Source: Chiloscyllium plagiosum (taxonomy: Eukaryota). Taken from it: 64,000 nt of DNA. Below, piece by piece: positions 1-12,728 of the stretch. The notes beneath the pieces were generated by a model. The model saw nothing but the letters and a program-made list of their open reading frames with translations. It was not told the DNA's origin and searched no databases. The first letter of the stretch is position 1. The number at the start of each line of letters is the position of its first letter. Location: contig NC_057730.1 of assembly GCF_004010195.1 (NCBI RefSeq), positions 8,572,574 to 8,636,573 on the forward strand, in the 5' to 3' direction. The position numbers and the translations under genes are program-made.

Positions 1-2024
1 CATGCTCAGTTTGCCCAATCTCTCTCCACCGGACAGTCCTGCCATCCTTGGACTAGTGAACCTTTGCATTCCGTCAATGGCAATAATACCTTTCCTGAAA
101 TATGACTACAGCTGCACGCAGTACTCGAGGTGCAGTCTGGCTGAGCTCCTGTACAAATGAAGCATGAGTTCTTTATTGTTTGTCCCACATCCATTAACCA
201 GGTGGCCAGTGTGTCTGACATCCTGTATTCCCATGGATCTGTGAGTGATTATACAGACTGTGTGCTCCATTCTTCTTTCTTTGAAACATCCTTAGTCACT
301 GTCAGCAAATGCCTCAGCAGCTCTTGGTCATGATGGCTTTATTTACTTGCTAAAATGACTGCTATCCAGTTTGGTCTAAATGTATGGGTGAGGAATATGT
401 CTGGCCACAAACCTTGTGGGGGTATACTGATTCACTGCCCTTCTGATGGATGGTGCAAACTTGTGGCAAATTTGTGCGTTAGTATTAACTGTTTATAGAG
501 GTGAGAGTTTTAAATACAATGGGGTTAAATATCTCGATACTTTGTGGGGTTACAACCACTTGCACTCATATTTCCATTGATATTGTTATTAATGGTGTCT
601 TAGTGCAATGTTATGGAGTTTCATTGACATTTTAAAAAGTCAAAACTCAAATATCTATTGAGTGAAATATGATCACTGAGTTAAGTAAAGGCTATAATTC
701 AATATTGGTAATCACATGACAACTGCAAACATTTTTAGCTTTCAGGATTCATGATGTACGCCTTCAGTTTGGGTTCAATGAGCATTCTCCAGTGTCTCTT
801 CCCCTGCACAAGTGGAAAACAGAGCAATTCTGAAAGTAGTAGCAACTCCACAACAGGAAGATGCTGCACGCTTCCCATTGTTGGGTGACCTGCCACTGTG
901 TGGCAACGGAGATCCCCTTTTTGGGTTAAGAGAGAAGGAGACTGTTCCCAGTTGATCAAGTCTGCTTATCTGATTTGTATGTAGTTGAGTGAAGATGGGA
1001 CACTAACTGATGGATATCACCAGCATCTGCATCTTGGCAGATTCTGTGACTGTTGCTATTCCCTCATTCCATCATCAGTGTTCAATAATTTCAACCGATT
1101 TTTCAGCCTGGAACAGGCGCATAATGTTATATGGCCTCCTCTCATTTCATATGTTTGTGTGGGTGCGTTATTTGAGAGGAGAAAGCGATTTTCTTTTTCC
1201 TTCTGTTGTTTAGTCTATTATATACATTGATTCACAGGATGGCATAATCAGATACAATGGTGCTTTTCACCCTTGCCACCACTGTGTGGCATTGCACCAC
1301 ATAAGACTATGAATTTAAAGTGAAAGCGTCGATAGGCCTGAAAGTCTATTCTGATGTAAGGGTGGATTAGTTTGAGCTGTAGGCTTTATATTATGGATGA
1401 AATTTGTATTTCTTGTCAGAGTTGGAAATGCAGCTCCTTTTGAAGGCTCAAACAAGTCAGCTGCAGAGTTGGTTGGGAGTAAGATGATGCTCATTGGACT
1501 TTAGTATTTAAAAGCAAAATTCTTTCCCTGTGGGGTGATTGGTTTCTGTACAGGGACATGTACATGAGGGAAAGTTGAAAATTTGTTTGTACCGTACTAT
1601 ATATATTTACAATCAAACCTATGTAATCTCAAAGTCTTTTACTGCCTAATTTAGCAGATGGATACCTGTGTGTGAAACATGGTAGCAAAGGATCAACTCC
1701 AATCTCTTTTGGGTGGGAAGATGAAGAAAGCAGAAGCAAATTCCATTTTCAGACAGAAGCAAAGTTCCTGATGTTTGTTTAAAGCAAACTGGTTGAGTCA
1801 CACTGTAGGATCACAAATTGATTATCTACTGGTGGTATCCAAATTGGAGCCATACAAGCAGTAGAGGAATGAGGTGGAGATATGGATTCTGGTCACTTCT
1901 CTTAAACAAGAAGCAAGATATTCTTTGACTTTATGCTTACCTGGATGGAGTAAAATTAGAAATAAAGAATTTTCAAAATCAAAATGTAACCAGGGATTTG
2001 AGGTATAGGGAGAGGCAGAATAGG

Positions 2025-2420
2025 CTGGTGCTATTTTCCCTAGAGCATCAGAGGTTGAGGGTTGACCTTATGAGGGACATGGATAGGGTGAATAGGCAAA
2101 GTCTTTTTCCCAAGGTGGGGTAGTCCAAAACTAGAGGGCATAGGTTTAAAGTGAGAGGGGTGAAGCTTTTTCAAGAGAACTGAAGGGCAACTTTTTCTCA
2201 GAGGGTGGTACGTGTATGGAATGAGCTGCCAGAGGAAGTAGTGGAGGCTGGTACAATTACAACATTTAAAAGGCGTCTGGATGGGTATTTGAATAGGAAG
2301 GGTTTAGAGGGATATGGGACAAATGCTGGCAAATGGGATTAGATTAATTCAGGATATCTGGTTGGCATGGAGGAGTTGGAGCGAAGGGTCTATTTCTGTG
2401 CTGTACAAGTCTGACTCTGT
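2025..2420 (+). mobile_element. CR1-clade LINE 3' fragment
   Basis: Homologous to 31030-31425 (TRGHRF..., WNELPEEVVEA, 3' tail tgtttctgtgctgtac...tgactct). Confidence 0.85.
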
Positions 2421-2817
2421 GACCAAAGAGAAATCTGAAATTCTCGTATGATTTATGGAAATTTTGACCATAAATCATATGAGAATCTCCAATTTCTCTT
2501 TGGAGGAAAAAGCGCAACTTGTTGGAAATCATTGCCAATATGTGCCACATTTAAGATGGATAATCAGTCTATGGAAGAATATATCATGCATTTGAGACAT
2601 TATATAAAAGAGTGAAGAAATTTGATCCCAAATTCAGTGATGGAGTTTAAACTATTAGATGGTGTGCACAAATCTCACAGACTGGCATTGGGTTTTAATG
2701 GGTGTTCAATCTCGCATTGACTTTTTGTTGCCCTTAAAAAGAAGTTTATCAGGACACAGTCTCTTCCTGCTTTATCACAGCTCACGTTGTGAGTTCTGCA
2801 GTGATACAGAAATTGGA

Positions 2818-2945
2818 AGATAAAAGCAAAATCACATTGCTGGTGGCAATCTCAACAAACACAGAAAACACTGGAGAAAACCAGTAGGTCTGGCAGCAGC
2901 TGTGGAGAGAGAAACAGTTAATGTTTTGAGTCCAATATGACTCTG
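2818..2945 (-). mobile_element. Degenerate PLE-derived terminal repeat fragment
   Basis: ctggagaaaaccagtaggtctggcagcagctgtggagagagaaacagttaatgttttgagtc resembles the other PLE termini in this window. Confidence 0.45.
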
Positions 2946-3194
2946 GGAGAGAATGAAATACTGTTTGCTGATTCTGCAAAGTCAAAGGAGGCCTAAATCC
3001 ACATTCTTCTATAGAAGATAAAATTTGTTGAATGACATTTTGAGGGGTATTGTCCCCGTTTTATAGACTTCTGAATCAAAGACAAATGCAGATAGCAAAC
3101 AATGAATGAATCCCAGGAACCCACAAGAAATAGTTAATAGATATTTCTGGTGTGACTCTAAATGTCACCATCATGAATCGTCCAATGAGGTGGA

Positions 3195-3545
3195 GTTGTT
3201 TTTTTTTTAAAAATTCGTTCATGGGATGTGAGCAGCTGGGCCAGCATTTATTGTCCATCTCTAATTACCTAGAAGGCAGTTAAGAGTCAGTTACCATGCC
3301 AGATATAGGCCAGACCAGTTGAGGATGGCAGATTTCCTTCCTCAAAGGACATTAGTGAACCAGATGGATTTTTTTTTCCGACAATTCATTCATGGTCACT
3401 ACTAGATACTTACTTCCAGTCACCCCTTTTCTATTTCATTCAAATTCCACCATCTGCCATGGCAGGACTTGAACCCAGGTTCCCAGAGCAGGTTGGTGTT
3501 CTGGATTTATAGTCCAGCGATAATACCACTAGGCTATCACCTTCC
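3195..3545 (-). mobile_element. SINE-like repeat (tRNA-like head at the right end)
   Basis: Shares blocks with 33865-34210 and 48985-49350. B-box-like gggttcaagtcc on the - strand. Confidence 0.55.
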
Positions 3546-4539
3546 CTAAGTATTTGAAGCAATTTATGAAACAGATAGTTCTGAGGGTAAATGAGGGTAA
3601 GGATGAGTGGCAAGAAAATATTAGTGACTGAAGATTGAAGTAAGTTCATGAGTATCTTAGTTGTTGATGCATTTAAGTCTGCCATATTACATAGTGACTC
3701 TATCTCCAGTATATAGCATCAATTAGCTGAACTGTTACTTAGAAACTCTGAACAAAACAGACAAAAATAGGGTCAAAGAATATGAAAGCTCTGTCTACTT
3801 TCAATTCGGGAATGTTTTTTTTGACTCCCTTTTAAGAATGGTTCATCCTGTGAAATTGCAGGGCTGTGACACTTCATGAGCACTGATGTCATTCAGTGAC
3901 TTACCATGATCATTGAGAGAGTCTTTGAAAATGCATTTAACCATGGAGAACAAACAAAACACTTATATTCAGTAAAGCCGTAAACCTGTAATTCGCAGGT
4001 TCAGGACGCTATTCTATTCCAATGAGGAAACCTAGAGTTTCTTTTCAAGAGGTCCAAGAAATATTATTGACCATGGGAAATAGGAGTCTGTTGGTCAGAA
4101 GAGGAATATTTGGAAACTGCAAAAACAGTTATACTCATTTGCCCTCTCCTCTTCAAAAATCAGGCAACTATTAAAGGGTCTTGGCATTGTGGGCAAAGAA
4201 TATGAACCCCAATGATCACATAGCAATGTAATATTGAAAGACAACACTACACCTGGTTGTAAGGGTTTATTTAGCCTGAAGCAGTAGGCATGGACCAGAA
4301 GATATTAGATAATGATTGGAATGTCTCTTTTTTTTTTCAATGCGGCAACTGATTTTAGCATACGCAATTTTCAACAATAGTGGACAAAGTCATTAAAAGC
4401 AGGTTGTTATAGGCCTTGATTACCCACAAAATACTTGATGGGAATAATGTAGGTGGCTTTGCAAATGACAAATTTCTAAATATTGAGACAAAGTTTGAAC
4501 CATTGATTGGCAGCAGGACAGGAAGAGAGATCCATTGGC

Positions 4540-5240
4540 ATAAATGATTTGGATGCGAGCATAAGAAGTACAGTTAGTAAGTTTGCAGATGACACCAAAA
4601 TTGGAGGTGTAGTGGACAGCGAAGAGGGTTACCTCAGATTACAACAGGATCTGGACCAGAAGGCCAGTGGGCTGAGAAGTGGCAGATGGAGTTTAATTCA
4701 GATAAATCCAAGGTGCTGCATTTTGGGAAAGCAAATCTTAGCAGGACTTATACACTTAATGGTANNNNNNNTGTGAAACTTGAAAGGGTTCAGAAAAGAT
4801 TTACAAGGATGTTGCCAGGGTTGGGGATTTGAGCTGTAGGAGATGCTGAACACGCTGGGGCTGTTTTCCCTGGAGCGTGGGAGGCTGAGTGGTGACCTTG
4901 TAGGTTTACAAAAATATGAGGGGCATGGATAGGATAAATAGGCAAAGTCTTTTTTCTGTATCGGGGAGTCCAGAACTAGAGGACATAGGCTTAGGTGAGA
5001 GGGGAAAGATATAAAAGAGACCTAAGGAGCAACTTTTTCACACAGAGTGTGATACGTGTATGGTATGAGCTGCCAGAGGATGTGGTGGAGGCTGGTATAA
5101 TTGCAACATTTAAGAGGCATTTGGATGGGTATATGAATAGGAAGGGTTTGGAGGGATATGGGCTGGGTGCTGGCAGGTGGGACTAGATTGGGTTGGGATA
5201 TCTGGTTGGCACGGACGGGTTGGACATCTCTATGACTCTG
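4540..5240 (+). mobile_element. CR1-clade LINE RT/3' fragment (7-N gap at 4765-4771)
   Basis: INDLDASIRSTVSKFADDTKIGG; near-identical to 30525-31425. Confidence 0.9.
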
Positions 5241-7049
5241 TGCTATGAGGGTGGAGAACTGGAACGCACACTTCCTGTACTGATTTGGAGAGTACATTTT
5301 TGGTGGAAACAGTCATATACAGTAAGAGGATTTCATGTAGACATCCTGATAGGAATATTCCAATAAGAATATTCATGCTCTCAGCATGAGCAAAGAGGTC
5401 AAGCCAATCGAGGCAACCAGTTAGTGGGGCTAATGGAGAGCATTCTTGGACAAGGGATTTAAGGTAGATGATCCCATGATTGAGGGGTGCTTGTGGCTTA
5501 CAGTGCAATGGGAGATAGTCTCTTTAATCATTCTAAACTAAGAATTACAGAACTGGAAAGAACTGAATGTATTCAGAGGCTGATCATTGAGGTCAATTGA
5601 CTTTGTCATACAGATGGAGTTATATGGAAAATGTCCTACCATATGGGACCTAAACGGCTAAGGCTGGGTCAGTAACTGAAGTGTTTGAGGAATGTAAGGG
5701 GGACAGATTTAGGGTGAGTACTCCTACAGTTGGGAAGTAATTTTAAATGTCTTTTTTGTTTTTGACAACCTTTCCTTGGAAGTGTAATTCTATAGATAGC
5801 AAGGTGACTTTCCTTCAGGGTAACCCGCTCAAGCGGGAAGTATCCTTTCAACCCCCAAAGGAAACATCAGGGATACAGCAGGAAGCTCTGGAAATTTCAC
5901 GAATGTATTTAAGGGTTAAATAATGTTCCTTGAGTCTGATATTTTTCAGTAAAGGCAGTTCAGTTAATGCTGGGGTGTTTGCAACTGAAAGTGGACATGG
6001 CAATGTTCTCTTGGCACGATAATCGAAAGATTTCAGGCATCTTTATGATACGTGAGAATGATTTTCTGTCAGGAGGGAAGGCACCAATGACTTTGAAGAA
6101 AAGATTATCAGTTGAGTTAGGAAAGGATCCAAAATTGGATGTCAGGCGGCTGGAGTTTCAAATATTTGGGATTGGAAATTAAGCGGGGTAGGTGAAATGT
6201 CATTCTACGCTAAAAGTTTTATTTGGAAAATGTAAATGCTATTGCAATTAGTCGTACTAGATTTGGTTTGAAAGATGAGGTTGCTACTTAGGATGAGATG
6301 GAACAGCTGAGTTGGACAGCTGAACTCGTTAGGTGCACAGACCAAACCTGATGAGATGCAAGTTTTGCTGTGTTGGAACTTAGTCTGGCAGTGAACAAAA
6401 AAAAGGTGGAAAATATCTTGTGAATTTAAAATCCTTTTAAGTTGTTGAAAATAGAGAAGGTTATGATCCAGTTTCTCTGCTTTGGTTGATCACAAAAATA
6501 TGAAATTATGGATTTCTCAAATGCAAATGTTGGTGATGGATTTTCCAGTTTTGGAGGATTTGTGATATCTCTTGTGGGAGAAAATTGGAAATGTTACCCC
6601 TTGACATGGGAGGTAGAGAAAATAAGAATGGTGAAGAGTTTGTTAGCTTCTGAATCTCTGGCTTTAAGTGATGTTGATGTGGAGTCCTATTTGTCTGAGC
6701 TTTTAGCAGAAATACTTTACATTAAAAAGAAGGTCTGAAAGAAGAATCCCAGTAGAATCTTACATTGATAGTATACATTCTATGAAACGTAAGTGAAAGT
6801 AGAGCCAGTTTAAAACAGGTACTAGAAAGAACCTCTGTTTAGGTGCGTAGACATTGGTATCGACTTTGTTTCTGTCAAGGCATTGCTCTTTGTTGATGAT
6901 CCTCGAAGAAGGATGTCTGACTCTGTCTAACAGTGGGAATATATCATTGTTTTTAAATCGATATAAATACAACTTTTTTTTTCCCTTAACTGAGGGAATC
7001 CAACAGAGTTGGCAATGCTAATCTCTTTGACACTCAAACAGACCAGCTC

Positions 7050-7500
7050 CAGAGTTGATTTAGTACAGGTAATGTTCATTGGACTTTTGTATTTAAGAAG
7101 TGAGTTTGGGTTCAAGTCCCACCTACTCCAGAGTTATGTAATAACATCACTGAACACTTTGATTAGAACAATAGGTTATGTAAAATAAAAATTAAGAGCG
7201 GAGTTCAAGTTTGGACTCTTATAGCACGGTGGTAGTATCCCTACCTCTACACCAGGAGGACTGGGTTCAAGGTTTGTTATAACATCCTTGATTTAAAAAA
7301 TCTCAGTGGAGTTCTTCCCTTGGTAAGCAATACTTGGGTAACTTGGTGGGTTTTTTCTAAAAAAAAACTGCTGAGTTCTTGAGGGTCTTGTGGCACAGTG
7401 GTAATGTCCTTATCTCCAGGCCAGTAGATCTGGGCTAAAATCTCACCTGCGCTGGAGGTGTGTCCGAATGCACTCAGGCAGTTTGACTTTAAAAATAACT
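7050..7500 (+). repeat. Cluster of about three short tRNA-like SINE heads
   Basis: Repeated tggcacagtggtaatgtcc...gggttcaagtcccacct...ccagag units; the same family recurs at 40218-40430. Confidence 0.5.
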
Positions 7501-7602
7501 CCAGCACTTATTTGTAATCACACTTGAGTTAACAACGCTGGAAAAATAGAACAGAGTTCTTCCCCAGTGGGGCGACTGATTTCTGAGCAGATGGAAGGAT
7601 CC

Positions 7603-7755
7603 AGAGAATCATAATCCTTATAGTGTGGAAGCAGGCCATTTGGCCCATTGAGTCCACACCAACCCCCTGAAGAGCTTACCCATCCCCTCCTCTATCCCCA
7701 TAAACCTGCATTCCCCATGGCCAATCCACTTAATTGATACATCTTTGGATGTAGG
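7603..7755 (-). mobile_element. HE1-type SINE 3' fragment
   Basis: Reverse complement of the 3' half of the SINE at 45177-45492. Confidence 0.65.
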
Positions 7756-8324
7756 AAAGATGAATACTTTAATATTTGTGCTAAACTATAGATTTACAAT
7801 AAAACCCTTTTCTGACTCTTTTTTTTAAAAGCCTTTTGCTGCTTAATTCGACACATGGATATCTCTATTATAAAACACTTGTTGTGGGAATTGGTCAATA
7901 TAAAGTTGATTTTTCTTTTCCCACCTGCAGCTCCTGTTGATGGAAAGTTTTTCTTTGTGCTCCTGGCAGGCAAGGGTTTGTGTCAAGGACAATCTTTTGG
8001 AAAAAGTTATCCTTGTGTATTGGCCTGAGAACAAACTGATTACAAGCAAAGAAAACTGTTTGACAATGTTGTGTAGTGTGTTTTCCTTTCCATATAGGGC
8101 ACTGTTCCAGTTAAGCTAATTAATTTTTCTTCAGCCAAAAGTTGAAATATTAGGTGACTGAAGTGCAATATGTAATGAAGCACTTGACTTTTCCTGGTTC
8201 ACGTGTTTGTGTTATCTAATTTTTGCTGACTTCTCACTCATTGCAAAAATAGAAATCTAGACTTGGACTTTTGGAGATAGGTGGGAAAAAAATCCTATGT
8301 GATAGATTTGGACAGATGTCAGAT

Positions 8325-8540
8325 GTAGTTTCTTTACTCCGAGTAGTATGGGCGTGGAATGCCCTGCCTGCAACAACAGGACACTGGCTAACTTTAAAGG
8401 CATTCAAATGGTCATTGGATAAACCTATGGATGAAAATGGAATAGTGTAGGTTAGATGGGCTTCAGATTGGTTTCACAGGTCAGCGCAACATCGAGAGCC
8501 GAAGGGCCTGTACTGCATTGTAATGTTCTATGTTCCATGA
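8325..8540 (+). mobile_element. CR1 LINE 3' end (ttctatg-tail subfamily)
   Basis: Homologous to 53085-53310. Confidence 0.7.
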
Positions 8541-8889
8541 GATATTAATTTATATAGTGCCATTCACAACCACAAGACACTCCAAAGTACTTCACAGTTA
8601 ATGAAGTAATTTTTGAAATAGAATCACTATGACATTTCCTACAATATAGTGCTGTAGGTGCTTTCAGTTCGAAATTTGAGTAATTGATGTATATTTAGCT
8701 TGGGCGAGTACCTATAGCTTGAATACTTTTTGGTTTCAGTTGAAATTATATTAAATGGAGGTTACAAACCAGTCTTGTTATCTTAAAAAGTGACCTGGTA
8801 AATGAAAAAATTAAAAACAAACTGCTGGAGAAACTCAGAAGATGTGGAAATATCTGGAGAAAGAAAGTGTTAGACAGTAAATGGGCAAG

Positions 8890-11800
8890 TTGTACCCCTC
8901 TGCAGAATCTCTACTTCCTTGACAACTTGCTTTCCTGTACCCATGTTAGTGTAATTGGCAAAATTAGCTACGTAACATTAGTAGTAAAATGATTAACCTG
9001 TTATTGACCTTCCTAGTATTGGATTCTAACCATTTTCCCAATGAAGGATGTTAGACTCCTTTTCGGTTTCCCTCCTTTCTTGAATAAAGTTGTTATATTG
9101 TTACTTTCCACTCCGTTAGGCCTCTTCCAAAATCTAAGATGTTTTGGAAAATTGTAACTCGTACCTTTTTAAGATTCAAAAATACAGACTATTTGATCCT
9201 GGAGACTTGTGAGCCTTTGGGTCTAATAGTTTTCCCAGCAACTTCTCCCTGCCTTGTTTTAAACTTCTCTCTTTCAGTCATGTTTTGATTTTCAAGTGTC
9301 TATGGAAGGTTTGCTAGTGAAGATATATGCAAAATACATTCTCAGCACTGCTGTTATTTCCTTGTTCTCCATTATCAACTCCTCACAACTCAATCTCTAG
9401 AGGACCAATACAATCCTTAGTTATTCCTTTGTATGCAGAAACTCCTCTTATCTGCTTTTGAAATACTAGCTGAATTTCTTTCATACTCTACCTTTTCGGT
9501 CCCTTTTGTCACCCTTCTTTCTGGTGCTTAGAATTTGCCCAATCTTCTGATCTGTGACTAATATTTATAGTTTGGTTCAATATTTGTTTCAGTTTGGTAC
9601 AATTCTTAACCATGGGTGATACATCCTTCTCAAATAGTCTTTCTTTCTCACTGGGATCCACCTTCGCTGAGGGTTAATAAATATCATCTTAAAAGCCTAT
9701 CAACGTGCTTCTACTGTTCTATCTTTTACCTCAATTTCTCAGTTCGCTTTAGCTCACTCTACCTTAATGTCCTTTTATAGTTCTTGCCATTTATGTTTAA
9801 AATGCTAGCTTTCGACCCAACTTGTTCCCTTCAAACTGAATGTGAAATGTTATGTTGTGCTTGCAATCACATGGAGGTTCCATTACTTTGAGGTTATTGA
9901 TTAAATCTGTCCCATTGGAAGTTGATAGGTTTAGATATTGTTCCAAATACAACTTGCAAACTCCTTTTCCAGGCTACCTTTGTCAATCTGATTTGTCATT
10001 CGTACTTATATCAATCCCTATATGTGCCCTTTTTAAAAAAAATTGCCTGTGTACTCTGACCCAATGGTGTAACTATTAGAGGGGCCTATAAACTACTCTC
10101 TCAATATAATTTTAACTTTTTCTATTTCTTATCACTTACCCAGACTGATTCCACATCTTGTAGAAAGTCAGGACTGCAGATGCTGGAGATTAGAGTCGAG
10201 AGTGTGGTGCTAAAAAAGCACAGCAGGTCAGGCAGCATCGAGGAGCAGGAGAATCGACATTTTGGGCATAAGCCCTTCATTAGGAATGAAGCTTGTTGGC
10301 CAGGGGTCTGATAAATGAGGGGGAGGGGGGGGGGGGGGGTTGGGGGGGACAGAATATGTTTTCTGCATTAAGAGACCATTCAGCATTCTGGAGAGACCAT
10401 TCCCTCTGTGACTCCCTCGCCAGGTCCACACCCCACACCATCCAACACACTCCATTCCCAGCACCTCCCCCAACCACCGCAGGAAGTGCAAAACCTGAGC
10501 CCACACCACTCCCCTCACCGCTGTCCAAGGCCTTCCACATCTGACAGAAATTTACCTGTACCTCCACCAATTCATCTACTGCAGCCTGTTGCTCCTAATG
10601 TGGTCTCCTCTACATCAGGGAGACAGGATGTCTCCTTGCAGATCAATTCAGAGAACATCTCTGGGATACCTGCACCAACCAACCCTACCGCCCCGTGGTT
10701 GAACACTTCACCTCCCCCTCCCACTCTGCCAAGGATATGCAGGTCCTGGACCTCCTCCATTGCCAAACCCTTACTACCCGATACCTGGAGGAAGAGCGAC
10801 TCATATTCCATCTTGGGACCCTGCAAATACATGGGATCAATGTGGATTTCAACAGTTGTCTCTTTTCCCCTCCCCCCCACATTATCCCAGTCCCCTTCCT
10901 CCAACTGCACACCACCCTCTTGACTGGTCCATCTATCCGCTCCACCCTCCTCTCCGAACTATCACCTTCTCCCTCACCTTCATCTATGTACTGCATTCTC
11001 AGTTACCTTCCCGGCTCACCCCATTCCCATTTATCTCTCAACACCCCTCGCCTCACAAGCCCCATTCCTGATGAAGGGCTTTTGCCTGAAACGTCGATTC
11101 TCCTGCTCCTCGGATGCTGCCTGACCTGATGTGCTTTTCAAGCATCAAACTCTCGATTCTGATTCCACATTTTGCTGTTTTTAGCTAAAATCATCTCCTG
11201 CTGCTGTACCAATATCATCCTTGATTAACAAAGCTACCTTGTTGTCACCATTTCCTATCTTCCTGTTGTTTTGAAATGGCAAGTACCTTTCAACATTCAG
11301 GTCACAGACTTGGTCACCTGGTACCCATGTCTCTGTAATGACAATCATGTTGTATGCATTTATTTCTACCATTGCTGACAGTTCATCATTTTGATACAAA
11401 TGTGTGCGTTAAGATGCAGACTTCTAATTTTTTTAACCATTTTTGCAATCTTTGGCCTTATCATCTGGTGTTTTCTTGTGTTTATACACTCTGGTTCCTT
11501 TCTGTCATACTGTGATGATTGTTGGCAGAATAGCTATTCTGGTCTATTACATTTTATAGACTCCCTTTTATTTTCCATGTTTCCTCTCACATGCTTTGTT
11601 CTCCCTGCTGTTTAGTTTAAAGCCCATTTCTACTGCCCTAGTTATTCCACTCCAGTGATGCAGCTCCCATTTTTTTTCCATGTCAGTGTTCCATGAATCA
11701 AAACCTATTTCTCCCACACTGCTATTTGCATCTTGCATTCAATTCTCTAATCTTATTTACATCAATTTGCTTGTGGCATATGTAAATAAAAGCAGATTGA

Positions 11801-11960
11801 GTGTCTGCTTTTTAATTTAAGCCCCTAACTGCACTTATTCCCTATATAAGTTCTCTTTCCTAATCCTACATATCTCGCTGACACCCACATGGACCACAAC
11901 AACTGGATCTTCCACTTCCCATACATCTTAAACCGGGGCACCAGACAGGCAACACAACCA
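8890..11960 (-). mobile_element. Old degenerate CR1 LINE (endonuclease region) interrupted by a PLE insertion
   Basis: APE-like NDELSAMVEINAYNMIVITETW (11181-11399). The frame QDVESVWV resumes at 10160 on the other side of the insertion. Confidence 0.7.
10161..11158 (+). mobile_element. Penelope-like element fragment with GIY-YIG remnant and inverted termini
   Basis: FTCTST...CGLLYIRETG...FREH...EHFTSPSHS...EERLIFHLGTLQ..GINVDF. Termini are inverted copies. TSD ctgattccacatYttg at 10145-10160 and 11159-11174. Confidence 0.85.
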
Positions 11961-12263
11961 TCTAGACTCTCAGTCTGAACTGTGGAAAATTATGTTCGTC
12001 CACTTAACTATACTGACCCCTAGTACTGCCGCATTCTTACTGACCCTCCCAGTTGACTAGATTCTTGTAGCATGGGGCTGTGATCGGTTCACTACTGCAG
12101 GCCCCTTTCTCTAATGTGTACAAGTTACAGAAACCTTAGAGTTGCAGAAGCAGAACCATTTTGTGATCTTGTTTAAAAGTGCTCCTGATGTTTGTTGATG
12201 CGGTGAGGTGCTGGAGAGTCTCTGTGCTTTTGAAAAACACATTGTTTTCTCATTATTTTGCAG

Positions 12264-12443
12264 GCAGTCAATGGACAAACCAAAGAACTGTGCCCTCGGT
12301 TGTGCTGCATGCAGAAGTGCCAAAATGGCTACGGTTTTAACCTTCACAGTGAGAAAGCAAAACCAGGGCAATACATCCGATCTGTCGATCCAGATTCCTG
12401 TGCTGCTAAAGCTGGCCTGCGGCCTCAGGACAGAGTTGTGGAG
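12264..12443 (+). CDS. NHERF2: NHERF2/SLC9A3R2 internal exon, first half of PDZ2
   Basis: ttttgcag|GCA...GAG|gtaact, 180 bp, phase 0/0. Translates [60 protein letters not shown], with the NHERF PDZ GYGF loop. Confidence 0.95.
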
Positions 12444-12574
12444 GTAACTATACCTTTTCCAAACTCTCTGTAATTTGGCATCGTTTATTATTGACTCTAC
12501 TGGCCCTTCTAAGATAGTTGAGATCTAACAGATGTTTCGTAAAAATCATGCATTTACCAGCTGCCTCTTTGCAG

Positions 12575-12728
12575 GTGAATGGTGTGAACATTGAAGGGAA
12601 GAAGCATAGTGAAGTTGTAGCTCATATCAAGGCCTGTGAGGAAGAGGCCAGGCTGTTGGTGGTGGATCCAGAAACCGATCAGTACTTCAAGAAACTTGGA
12701 ATAACTCCAACTGAATCACATTTGAAAG
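12575..12728 (+). CDS. NHERF2: NHERF2 internal exon, second half of PDZ2
   Basis: ctttgcag|GTG...AAAG|gtgaga, 154 bp. [51 protein letters not shown](G). Confidence 0.95.

Noticed and set aside
1-12200. Upstream NHERF2 exons (PDZ1)
   Set aside because: No PDZ1-like translation with splice sites was found by eye; these exons probably lie upstream of the window, though a diverged exon could have been missed.
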